From positions 1 to 64,000 of the forward strand of contig DAOORA010000015.1 in assembly GCA_035389045.1 (NCBI GenBank): a DNA stretch of 64,000 nt, written 5' to 3'. How positions within the stretch are numbered: the stretch's first letter is position 1; the number at the start of each line of letters is the position of its first letter. Made by a program: the position numbers and the translations under genes. Of this stretch, positions 49,486-59,200 are shown piece after piece. The stretch is from Bacteroidales bacterium. GTDB lineage: Bacteria; Bacteroidota; Bacteroidia; Bacteroidales; CAIWKO01. A model generated the notes under the pieces. It was given only the letters and a program-made list of their open reading frames with translations. It had not been told where the DNA came from and ran no database searches.

Positions 49486-52400
49486 TCAGTGCATCATTTT
49501 CAGCGTCAGACATTTTGAACTATGCTGTCCTGAGAATTCCAGCTTAAACGTATACATTCCCCGGGGCAGGCCGTTCGAAGGAAAGTCAATCATGTGCTTT
49601 CCACTTACCTGAGGTTCATTCACCAGTTCACCGACAAGTTCGCCAATACTGTTATAAACCATAAGTTTTACACTTCCGTTTTCCGGCAGGTTGTATGTAA
49701 GGGTGGCCTCACTGAAGAATGGATTGGGAAAAGCTGTAAATCTAAACCCGGCATCAGTCATATCGCCCTGAATGAAGATTTTGGGCATCAGCAGGTAGGC
49801 ATCTTCGTATGCTTCCGCATAACGGTTGGCCATTATTCCGGTGCCGGACAGGTCAGGATCAAACATTCCCGGACTGATATTGTTCAGGGGGCGGAAACCA
49901 AGGATGATCAACACGTCATTGGCGGCAACATCATAATATTGTGTTGTGACATATACAACTCTTATTACCCCGTTTTCGGCCGTCACTAAGAGGTCGTCGT
50001 CGTTGGCCATAAGTTCTTCCAGCGTGGGATTTATTTTCAGCTGGCCGCTCTTCTTCATGGCTTTCGGCAAGGTGACATTCACCAGCTCGTATTCAGTTTC
50101 CGGATAATTAAGTTTGAGTTCCAGGGCCGAAAACTCATTCATTTTGGTACTGATCCGCAAGGGAACTTCAAAATACCTGTTATCATTTGCCGTGACAGAC
50201 TCTTCTGATCTGACAATAATATTCCCGGGAATTGATTTTGTAGAGGCCCAGGTCGTCGCCGAATCGAGATAGGCACTGCTAGAGGCATTATAATCGCCAT
50301 AACATATTGTTTTAAGGCCTATATTTAAATCAGAACCGGATACCGAGATAAGGGTGTCCAGCGATACCCAGTTGCCTTTAGGGAAATTTTTATTGGGCTG
50401 ATAGGGTGAACCAATCTTGGCCTTGATCCGGGTGGCATCAATAGCGTTGATAGCCGCGCTGTTATCAACATTAGCTGCTTTTTTGCAGATAGCGGAGAAA
50501 TTTGCCGAAGGGTCGTTATTAGTGTCGCTGGTGATAAGATATTTGACGTTCGCAAGGTCAATTATATTCACATTGTTGCACCATTGCATGGTGTCGGCAT
50601 TGTATTTATCATAAGACAATATATAATTTCCGTCCATAACATCTGTGAACTGGTAATTTCCGAGAGCGTCACTGGTATCTCTTGCCAGTTCGGTTCCTGC
50701 CGGATAGTTCCTGAGAATTACGACTACCTGGCTGATATTATATTTTACAGGGCTGTACACTGGTGGATTCGGTGCGGGATAACCGGCAGTGGCCTTGCCG
50801 GCATAACGTGTTTTGCCGCTTATGTTAAAACGGGTTACCAACGAACTGATGATGATATTTTGATAGGTGGTGTCGGTGGAACAACTGTTGGAAGAAATCA
50901 GCCGTACATTATAATTGCCGTTAGCCGCGTATGTATGTGAAGGATTGGTCGCCGTGCTGTTTGTGCCATCGCCGAAATCCCATGAGTGTGATACGCCGTT
51001 GGCGGAGGTGTTGGTAAAATTTATAACAGCTCCGTTTTGAGAATATGTAAACTGGGCAATGGGAGAAGGTATAACCGTAGCAGTAACCTGGGTGCGCAAG
51101 CTGTTGCAGGATGGTAATTCAACTTCCCAATCGTAAAAATAATAATAGTAGGTCTGCGGGTTTGAACCGGCGGTAGTTGATGTTATACTCAAAACATCGG
51201 GTAATGTTATAGGAAAGGTGCTGGTCGGCAGGTTGTTATCTCTGAACAGATAACTGTTGGCAGGAGCTGTAAGCCGTAAATTGGTGCCGGCCGGGACGTT
51301 AAAGTTAAGTGTGATCCGGCTTTCACCGTTGGGGACATTGTTTGCGGTAATGGTGCTGAGTGTTGCTCCGCTTGAGTTTTTTAATGTGACGGTTTTTGAT
51401 GTGGCGCCTGTTGACACGGAATATACTTTCACTGATTTAAGAACAAAGGGCTGAAGCGCCGTGAATATCAGCCCCTGTTCGGCAGAAATATTAGAGGCCG
51501 TGGTGTTGACCTTATTGGTCAATCCGGTATAAGCGGATCCTCCTGCAGTGCTTTGTACATAATAGTTTGTTGTTGTGTTCAGTACCGGAGTGGTATATGT
51601 ACCTCCTGTGTACAGGCTTGTGTTACTTGTCGGTGAGTCAAACCAGTTCAGCGTTCCGTTTCCGCTGGCAGTCAGTTGTGCAGCAGTGCCCTGGCAGACT
51701 GTTGCCCCCGTTGCGGTGGGCCCGTCCGGCATGTCTATGGTGATATAATCTGTTCTGATCAGCGAGTCGGCGCCGTACTGATTGGTTACTCTTAATTTAA
51801 CAGTGAATGTTCCGTTTGTAGAATAGGTATGCGAAGGGTTCTGGAGTGTTGATGTCTGGCCGTCGCCGAAATTCCACAGCCATGAGGCGGGTGTGTTGGT
51901 CGACTGGTCTGTGAAATTGATCGTTCCGGTGCAACTTGAGGTGACATTTGCAACGAAATTGGCATCGGGGGGTGCCGCGCTGGAGGTACAGGTCCACTGC
52001 AATGAAAAACCCGACCCGACCACATAGGTGTCGCTGTATTGTCTTATCGTTATCGCTCCGCCGCTTGAGGTAACCGGCCCCGGAATCGTTGTTCCTGAAA
52101 ACGGGCTGCCTGCTACCTGGGCTGATGCAGTTGTTGGCCCATTATAAACATATAAATAGTCATAATTTGCTTCGAAGTCGAATGTAGAAAAAGTCAAAGT
52201 GACCGATGAAGCCCCTGTGGGAGCAATCGTGATGGTGCCGTCGGTGAGGTTGCCATAGTCGCTGCACAGCCCGCTGTCATAAAGTTTTCCGGTACAGTTT
52301 GTCTGTGTGGTTCCGGTTCCGCTGGCAGGTAGTGCCACCTCGCACGGATAGGAAGGTCCGACAGTGATAAAACCTGTTTTGGTAATAGAATCTGATCCGC

Positions 52401-54303
52401 AGGTTCCTCCGTAAGCAACGAGTTTGACGTTATAAGCGCCATTACCCGTATAGGTATGCGAAGGAGCTGAAGCAGTGCTGGTGCTGCCGTCGCCAAATGA
52501 CCACAGGTAGGTGTTTCCGTTAGTGCTTTGGTTGGTGAACTGAACCGTAAATGGAGCTGCCGTGCATTGTGCGGCAGGACAAGCGGTGAAATCAGCATCA
52601 ACAGCCGATGAGGAATAGGCGGCACCAACGCCTACCGCATACCATGCATTAGTGACTGAGATCATTTCCTGTGAACAACCGCCATAGAGGTCTGCGCAGG
52701 CCTGAATCGTGTACGTGCGTGCTTGTGCATATTGTGAAGAGCTGGTGAGGTATACCGTCAGCGCTCTGAACGCAATTTTTTCAGCTTTAGCCATCGTAAT
52801 AGCAGTAACGTTGTATGCATTACCGTTATCGTTTGTTCCGCTGCCTCCCTGGCAAAGCAGGTAATACCAGAAATTTATGACGCCGGAGTTATAGTGAACG
52901 CCTCCGTTATCACCCGTCCCGGTATACCAGTCGGTACCGAGATAGGTGTCGGGCTGGCCGTAAAGGTTGGGATTTGACATGCTTCTGAAAGGCGCCCCGA
53001 TCTCTTCCCCGACAGTCCAGTTACCCGTTTGCGAAGTGGGTTTTCCATAAAATTCGGTGCTGGTGCCAAAGATGTCGCTGAAACCTTCATTCAATGCGCC
53101 GGATTCATAAGAGTAGTTGAGATTTGCAGTGTATTCGGTAAGCCCGTGTGTTATTTCATGAGCGCAGATGTCCAGCGTCGTCAGCGGAGAGTAAGTGTTA
53201 TCTCCATCACCGTAAGTCATGCGCGTACCGTCCCAGAAAGCGTTGGCATAATCCACATCATAGTGAACATAACTTAATAATTTTAAACCGGCATTATTGA
53301 TACTGTTTCTCCCGTGTTTGGTATAGAAATAGTCATAGGTTGTTTCTGTTCCCCAGTGGGCATCGCGGGCAACTTCATCCTGGGCGGTATTGGTGCCTGT
53401 CCAGTTGTTGTCGGCATCTGTGAAATCAACAGCAGAAGTGTAACTTGTTCCGGTGTTCATGTCATAGGTTTCAATACCCAGTCCCCTGGTGGCATCGCGC
53501 AGACGATATGTTGTTCCAGTATAGTCGGTAATAATGGTCCTGGTATTGCTGTATTTGGTTGCGGCGGTACCGGTAGCAACAGATTGTGCGTCATGGTTTT
53601 CTGAATGTATGCGCTGAAGCGTGTGAACCACCTGACCTGTGGCAGCATCAACAAACACCCACTGTCGGCTCATGGGCTGATGAGCATAAATATCAAACTG
53701 ATAGGCGAGCCTGTAATTGTCGCCTTTAAAAAGGTGTTCAGCCGGGATCATAACAAGTGTGCCTTTCGGGAAATAGGTCGCCTTATCGTCGTTCATGATA
53801 TACTTTAATAACTTTTCTTCGCCAGGTATCTGCCATTTATAAGTTTCGGCTGCCACATAAACCAGAGCCTTATCCAGCGCCTGGGCTTCGGTAAGCATGG
53901 CATTAGCCGGAACATTGAGTTTACTGAACAACTGGCCGTTCATACTGAAGATCCTGTTGTTTCTGACATGAACGATAAACACATTTGAATGGATCGGATA
54001 ACCTTTGTAGGTTTGCTGGTAACGGTAGTGTGTAAAACCCAGGTCATCCTTTTCAGAGTGAATAAGTTTGAGATTAAGATCAGAGCCGATCTTGAAATGA
54101 TCCTCAAGCCATAATTGAGGGTCTTTGAACTCAGGTTCTGAGACCTTTGCAAATCTAATGAATGTAGGAATGTCTAGTTGAGTGTCTTTTACAACCATTT
54201 CAGCTCCGGGAACTATCGCACGCGCAGAGCTTCCGGTGTAGGTTTGTGCAAAGACTGAAACGGATATAAGGATAACGGAAAACAGGAGCAATATTTTTTT
54301 CAT
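49486..54303 (-). CDS. M4 thermolysin-like metalloprotease: FTP/PepSY propeptide, PKD, CUB, dockerin-like, cohesin-like, T9SS CTD
   Basis: NAFWDG, AHEITH, GALNEGFSD, GGVHYNSG; CUB FEANYDYLYVY; FPNPF CTD. Confidence 0.92.
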   Translation of the reverse strand: MKKILLLFSVILISVSVFAQTYTGSSARAIVPGAEMVVKDTQLDIPTFIRFAKVSEPEFKDPQLWLEDHFKIGSDLNLKLIHSEKDDLGFTHYRYQQTYKGYPIHSNVFIVHVRNNRIFSMNGQLFSKLNVPANAMLTEAQALDKALVYVAAETYKWQIPGEEKLLKYIMNDDKATYFPKGTLVMIPAEHLFKGDNYRLAYQFDIYAHQPMSRQWVFVDAATGQVVHTLQRIHSENHDAQSVATGTAATKYSNTRTIITDYTGTTYRLRDATRGLGIETYDMNTGTSYTSAVDFTDADNNWTGTNTAQDEVARDAHWGTETTYDYFYTKHGRNSINNAGLKLLSYVHYDVDYANAFWDGTRMTYGDGDNTYSPLTTLDICAHEITHGLTEYTANLNYSYESGALNEGFSDIFGTSTEFYGKPTSQTGNWTVGEEIGAPFRSMSNPNLYGQPDTYLGTDWYTGTGDNGGVHYNSGVINFWYYLLCQGGSGTNDNGNAYNVTAITMAKAEKIAFRALTVYLTSSSQYAQARTYTIQACADLYGGCSQEMISVTNAWYAVGVGAAYSSSAVDADFTACPAAQCTAAPFTVQFTNQSTNGNTYLWSFGDGSTSTASAPSHTYTGNGAYNVKLVAYGGTCGSDSITKTGFITVGPSYPCEVALPASGTGTTQTNCTGKLYDSGLCSDYGNLTDGTITIAPTGASSVTLTFSTFDFEANYDYLYVYNGPTTASAQVAGSPFSGTTIPGPVTSSGGAITIRQYSDTYVVGSGFSLQWTCTSSAAPPDANFVANVTSSCTGTINFTDQSTNTPASWLWNFGDGQTSTLQNPSHTYSTNGTFTVKLRVTNQYGADSLIRTDYITIDMPDGPTATGATVCQGTAAQLTASGNGTLNWFDSPTSNTSLYTGGTYTTPVLNTTTNYYVQSTAGGSAYTGLTNKVNTTASNISAEQGLIFTALQPFVLKSVKVYSVSTGATSKTVTLKNSSGATLSTITANNVPNGESRITLNFNVPAGTNLRLTAPANSYLFRDNNLPTSTFPITLPDVLSITSTTAGSNPQTYYYYFYDWEVELPSCNSLRTQVTATVIPSPIAQFTYSQNGAVINFTNTSANGVSHSWDFGDGTNSTATNPSHTYAANGNYNVRLISSNSCSTDTTYQNIIISSLVTRFNISGKTRYAGKATAGYPAPNPPVYSPVKYNISQVVVILRNYPAGTELARDTSDALGNYQFTDVMDGNYILSYDKYNADTMQWCNNVNIIDLANVKYLITSDTNNDPSANFSAICKKAANVDNSAAINAIDATRIKAKIGSPYQPNKNFPKGNWVSLDTLISVSGSDLNIGLKTICYGDYNASSSAYLDSATTWASTKSIPGNIIVRSEESVTANDNRYFEVPLRISTKMNEFSALELKLNYPETEYELVNVTLPKAMKKSGQLKINPTLEELMANDDDLLVTAENGVIRVVYVTTQYYDVAANDVLIILGFRPLNNISPGMFDPDLSGTGIMANRYAEAYEDAYLLMPKIFIQGDMTDAGFRFTAFPNPFFSEATLTYNLPENGSVKLMVYNSIGELVGELVNEPQVSGKHMIDFPSNGLPRGMYTFKLEFSGQHSSKCLTLKMMH

Positions 54304-54494
54304 AATCCCGATGTTTTAGTTATGATTTTTATGATTGATAATTAAACAAATATAATCATTTATAGGCATTTTTAATCGTTTTGACAAGCCTTTAACTTAA
54401 ATTTAACTTATTGTTATATTAAAACATGAGAAGATTATTCAGGGGAAGTTTTACACACACTGACATTTACCGATGCTGTTCAAAAAAACTGATG

Positions 54495-54904
54495 ACCTGA
54501 GTTCGGGTTAACAACATTTTATCTTAATCCGTAATGATTTAAATATCAATAGAAAAGAAATAAGGGCATCTCTAATAACCTTGATCGGGCGCCTCTAAAA
54601 CAAAAAAGTTCGAGGCAGTCGAAGTTCTGAAAATCGCAGAGTACTTTGCGTACATGCCTGTGCTGAGCCTGCCGAACGCAAGGATTTGAAGAACGAAGTC
54701 GAACGAAGAATTTTGAAGTTTTTAGTGGTGCCCATAATAAAAACATTTATTCTCTGTCAGGAGATTAACATTGAAAATGGTTAATGTCTTCGGACAAATA
54801 TTCTGCACATTATTGATTTTCTATTGATATTTCATTGGCAATTAATATCAAGTGAATCTGTGTTTTGACAAAACAAAAATGATTTATTTATCCCGAACTC
54901 AGGT
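54495..54904. mobile_element. Non-autonomous element with IS982-like terminal IRs enclosing a second MITE-like element
   Basis: ACCTGAGTTCGGGTTAA (54495) and TTATCCCGAACTCAGGT (54888-54904) form a 16/17 inverted match; inner IRs GGGCATCTCTAATAAC / GTTTTTAGTGGTGCCC. Confidence 0.65.
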
Positions 54905-54999
54905 TGATAGTATTTTCTCTTTACCGATTCAAAACAGTTTCTTTAACTTGCGAACAGTAAATCAAATTGTTAGCTATAAACCTGATCAGAAGAAGACAT

Positions 55000-57900
55000 T
55001 TATTGTACCAGAACAATGATACCTTTATATTCGTGTACAAGACCTTTGAGATCCGTTATATTGATCAGGTATATGAAGATATCCTGTACCCCTTTAGAGG
55101 TACTGTAATTATTATTATAAGTCCCGTTCCAGCCTTCGTTAACGTCTGTGGTGTGAAATAATTCGCGTCCCCAGCGATCATAAATAACCATCATGTAGTT
55201 TTCGGTATCCCATCCGACACCGACAGGTTTAAAAACCTCATTTTGAGGTGCAACAACGGTATTATCATCATTGGGCGTAAAACTATTGGGTATCCATACC
55301 GCGAACAAGGGTGCTATATGAATATACCGGCTGACGGTATCACTGCATCCATCGACATCGGTAACTATCAGCGTGACCAGGTAGGTACCTGTATCAGCAT
55401 ATGCATGGTCAACATGATTTCCGTCAGCCGTGGTGCTGTCGCCAAAGTCCCAGTGCCATTGTGTTACGCTTCCAAAGGAATGATCGAAGAAAAGAACAGG
55501 TCCGTCATCAATCATAGGATTACGCGGATGAATCTGAAAAATAGCCTCCGGCCCGGTCGGTATGCCTACGGTTGCCGTTCCTGTTCCATAACATCCGTTA
55601 TAACCTACCGTAACACTATACGTGCCCTGAGCAAGGCCTGTAGCAGTTTGAGTATACTGAGGCGGAACCGTGTTCCAGACAAAAGTGTATCCGGATCCTG
55701 TCACTTCAACGGTAGCCGTTCCGTCGTTGGTAATGCACCCTGTATTGGTTGAGGAGGTCACCACAGGAAGACTTGCATCAACGATCACAGTGACCGAAGC
55801 GGTGCTTTCGCATCCGTTATAGGTCACGGTGACGACATATGTGGTCGTAGTCATGGGGTTTACCACGTTCACAGAATCATAATCCGGTGGCGTGGTATTC
55901 CATACATAAGTGCCTCCGCCTGTTGCCGTCAGAGTGACCGGGTTACCCGGGCATACCGTGGTTGGAACAGCAGATGCCGATACCGGTAAAGTGGGAATGA
56001 CATTAACATTTGCAGAGGCAGAGCCGGTACAGCCGTTTGCATCGCTTACGGTGACAGAGAAAAGTCCGCCCGAACTCACCGAACTCGTCTGTCCCGTTGC
56101 GCCGTTAGACCATTGATATGATATATAACCGCTGCCTGCATCCAAAACCGTGGAGGCGCCCGGGCAAATATCTGTCGTGCCAGTGATTACCGGGTTGATC
56201 ATACCCGACTGGGTGAGCGTTATTGAACCAGCGCCGGAACAATTAGCATCAGCAACCGTGACGGTATAAGTTCCGGCGGAAGTAACGGTTATGGTTTGGG
56301 TGGTTTCACCGGTAGACCAGGAATAGGAGATATAGTTTGCACCGGCATCGAGTACAGCAGATCCCCCGGCGCAGATGGTTGCCGGGCCTGTAATGACCGG
56401 AGTCAGGTCGGGTACTGAACCGATGGTTACCGTGATGGTGCCGGAGCAGTTATCGGCATCGGTCACGGTAAGCGTATACGTTCCGGCGCCAAGTCCTGTG
56501 AAGGACTGGGAGCCTGCGATATCATCAAATGTGGCCACCACGGTGCCTCCGAGGGATAGGGAATAATCATAAGGGCTGACACCGCCGCTGGTTGTTGCGC
56601 TGAAACTGCCGTTGACGCCGTTATTACAGGCATCCACGATGTTAGAAGGAGTGATCACCAGGGTCGGGCATGGGGAGCATACCGGTAAGGATGAGAAGCT
56701 GGAAACTATGGCAGAATCGCCGTTCACATCAATAACCCGTATGGGCCAGGTACCTGTCGGAGTGATGGTATTTCCGGTGGCTACGGTAGACCATCCGCCG
56801 GGCGTGGTACAGGTGGTCACCGGCATCATACCGTTCATGCATATACTGATCAGGGCATTCCAGGTGTAGCCACAGGATTGACATTCTGCCTGATTGGTAA
56901 TGTTAATGGTCGCCGGTGGAGCATATTCCTGCCAACTATAGGGACCGGTTCCTCCGGAAACCGTCATATCGCCGTTTAGCTCCTGGCAGACATCCAGTGG
57001 TATACATGGGTTGACAACAATGACAATCGAACTTGATCCGCAAGCCATGGTGTAAGTGATGGTATGTGTTCCGGCACCCGCTGCTGCAGGGTCGAAAACG
57101 CCCGTGGAAGGATTGACTCCCGGGCCGCTCCATGTGCCCCCAGGAACTTCGGAAATGAGTGCATAGGGAGGATCTGACTGACAAAAAGGCCCGGCAGGAC
57201 ATATCGTTGTGTTGCAGCAGATCAGTTGAAACGGCGCACAGGCCGATAAATTGATCGACTGTACGTAGCCTGTACGTGAAGTACTGGAAGATGTGCCGGT
57301 GCCACCGGCTACCACAACATTACCTCCCGGAGCTACCACTACATCATAAACAGCAAACGGAAGATTGACCTGAGATAAAATAGTCAGATCAGCATCATAT
57401 TTAATGATTCTGTCTGCTGAACCGACGTACACATTTCCGCAATCATCCACAGCAATTCCGCTGTTGCCGGGTTGATGATAACTGGTCATGGTCACGGTGG
57501 TATTAATACCTCCCGGAATGGCTGCAGAGCTGATTACTGAGCCATCGGTCAAAGAGCGTTTTTCTATAGTGTTCCCGTTTTGAGTATATACAAAATTGTC
57601 GTTGGCCCTGATGGACCGTATGCCGGCATTGCCGTTATTGGGCCGGTAATTCTCGCATTTATAGGAGAATTCGTAATTGGTGAATTCTTTAAACACAGGC
57701 CCGTTGGTGGAACACAGTGTCATATTCTGGTTGATAGCGCCCACAGAATCGAGGGTGAGAAAATAGTACTTGGCATCACGGGACGATGATAAGGCTCTTA
57801 CTTCATTAGGGTATACGGTAGGCATGCCCATGATCGTAAAAGTTTTACTTGCGGCAACATTTGTCATGGCAAGCACGCTGCCGTTAGTTGTGCTGATGTC

Positions 57901-59133
57901 GAAGATGACGCCGTTGCTGTTGGCTACATTGATAATATCGTTGATGCGTGTGCCGCCTACTATCAGCTTGGTCTGATCGCAATTGAAACATATCATCCAG
58001 TATTCATCCAGGGGGCCGCCGTTGGCGCTCCACTGCATGGAACCGGAACTGTTGATTTTCTGAATGGCCGCCACAGATCCTGAAGTGATATAAGAATTCC
58101 CGTTCTGATCTGTGGCGAGGGTTCCCAGCCAGTTGTTAGCCGTATCCCAGGGGGTGTTGTATGTCCATTGCAATACTCCCGAAGCATTGTACTTCTGCAG
58201 TTTCATCGGCATATCCCCGCCTATGATATATACGTTGCCGGCAGCATCTTTATCCACTTCCCATACACAGTTCGAATTGGGCAGTGAAGGTGTTTGCACC
58301 CAGGGATCTATTATGACCCTCTGTGTATTGTCATAGTTTTCAAGAACAAAGCCGACCTCATTATTGTTATTTAATTGAAAATGAGATTTTACAGGGTTGC
58401 CCTTTTTTTCATAAAAACTTACCGGAGCATGGTCGATGAGATCACCATATAGTGTAGCGATTTTAAGATTTCCATTCCCGTCAATATACATCTTCCTGTC
58501 GGAAACATATTTCATTTTTACTACAGAAATATCGGCTCCGGGGTGTAATATCAGCGTATATTTTATCCCGGATTCCGGATGAAAGGTATAGGCTACATCA
58601 ATACCGGGATACAGATTTTTGTAGGTAATTTTTTTATATCCTTTAATGTTTCTGATATCGTAATAACTTTTCCGGTCTTTGCTCAACATCGAATAGGTTT
58701 GATAATCAGGAGTCAGTTCGTCAGCCACAATCTCCGGATTGGGGTTAGCGCCAAGCCATGACATGTGTACAAAATCACTGATAGTCAGTTTTTTGGGCTT
58801 GGTAGTGTCGCCTTTTTTCCGTTCAGGATTTCTGATTTTGGTGTTCAGGTGATAAGTGAGGCCTTGTTTTGTAAAATATACCTGAAAATTGGTATGGTCA
58901 ATCCCATACAAAATCTGCGACCCGGGTAATTTGGCGCGTACATCGAACTGTCCTTTATTTTCAAGAAAAACTTTTGGATAATTCCAGGTTACCGACCAGT
59001 TGGTCTGTGCAAAAATTTCTGTGCCCGAAATAATGGTGATGCACACTATAAAAGCAAAACCTAACAAGGCTGTGTGCATTTTTTTTGGGATTTTTAGCAG
59101 AACTTCATTCAATGTAAAGTGTTTATAATACAT
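55000..59133 (-). CDS. Large secreted adhesin-like protein: FLENKGQ N-domain, beta-propeller, Ig/SprB repeats, PKD, T9SS type B CTD
   Basis: FLENKGQ, IIDPW, D..GN.Y propeller repeats; PNSFTPNDD...IYDRWG CTD; start may be 59079. Confidence 0.85.
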   Translation of the reverse strand: MYYKHFTLNEVLLKIPKKMHTALLGFAFIVCITIISGTEIFAQTNWSVTWNYPKVFLENKGQFDVRAKLPGSQILYGIDHTNFQVYFTKQGLTYHLNTKIRNPERKKGDTTKPKKLTISDFVHMSWLGANPNPEIVADELTPDYQTYSMLSKDRKSYYDIRNIKGYKKITYKNLYPGIDVAYTFHPESGIKYTLILHPGADISVVKMKYVSDRKMYIDGNGNLKIATLYGDLIDHAPVSFYEKKGNPVKSHFQLNNNNEVGFVLENYDNTQRVIIDPWVQTPSLPNSNCVWEVDKDAAGNVYIIGGDMPMKLQKYNASGVLQWTYNTPWDTANNWLGTLATDQNGNSYITSGSVAAIQKINSSGSMQWSANGGPLDEYWMICFNCDQTKLIVGGTRINDIINVANSNGVIFDISTTNGSVLAMTNVAASKTFTIMGMPTVYPNEVRALSSSRDAKYYFLTLDSVGAINQNMTLCSTNGPVFKEFTNYEFSYKCENYRPNNGNAGIRSIRANDNFVYTQNGNTIEKRSLTDGSVISSAAIPGGINTTVTMTSYHQPGNSGIAVDDCGNVYVGSADRIIKYDADLTILSQVNLPFAVYDVVVAPGGNVVVAGGTGTSSSTSRTGYVQSINLSACAPFQLICCNTTICPAGPFCQSDPPYALISEVPGGTWSGPGVNPSTGVFDPAAAGAGTHTITYTMACGSSSIVIVVNPCIPLDVCQELNGDMTVSGGTGPYSWQEYAPPATINITNQAECQSCGYTWNALISICMNGMMPVTTCTTPGGWSTVATGNTITPTGTWPIRVIDVNGDSAIVSSFSSLPVCSPCPTLVITPSNIVDACNNGVNGSFSATTSGGVSPYDYSLSLGGTVVATFDDIAGSQSFTGLGAGTYTLTVTDADNCSGTITVTIGSVPDLTPVITGPATICAGGSAVLDAGANYISYSWSTGETTQTITVTSAGTYTVTVADANCSGAGSITLTQSGMINPVITGTTDICPGASTVLDAGSGYISYQWSNGATGQTSSVSSGGLFSVTVSDANGCTGSASANVNVIPTLPVSASAVPTTVCPGNPVTLTATGGGTYVWNTTPPDYDSVNVVNPMTTTTYVVTVTYNGCESTASVTVIVDASLPVVTSSTNTGCITNDGTATVEVTGSGYTFVWNTVPPQYTQTATGLAQGTYSVTVGYNGCYGTGTATVGIPTGPEAIFQIHPRNPMIDDGPVLFFDHSFGSVTQWHWDFGDSTTADGNHVDHAYADTGTYLVTLIVTDVDGCSDTVSRYIHIAPLFAVWIPNSFTPNDDNTVVAPQNEVFKPVGVGWDTENYMMVIYDRWGRELFHTTDVNEGWNGTYNNNYSTSKGVQDIFIYLINITDLKGLVHEYKGIIVLVQ

Positions 59134-59200
59134 GATCAGATAATATTTTTACTATAATAAAAACGCCGGACATCCTGTTTTAATTTGGTCACAACCATTC

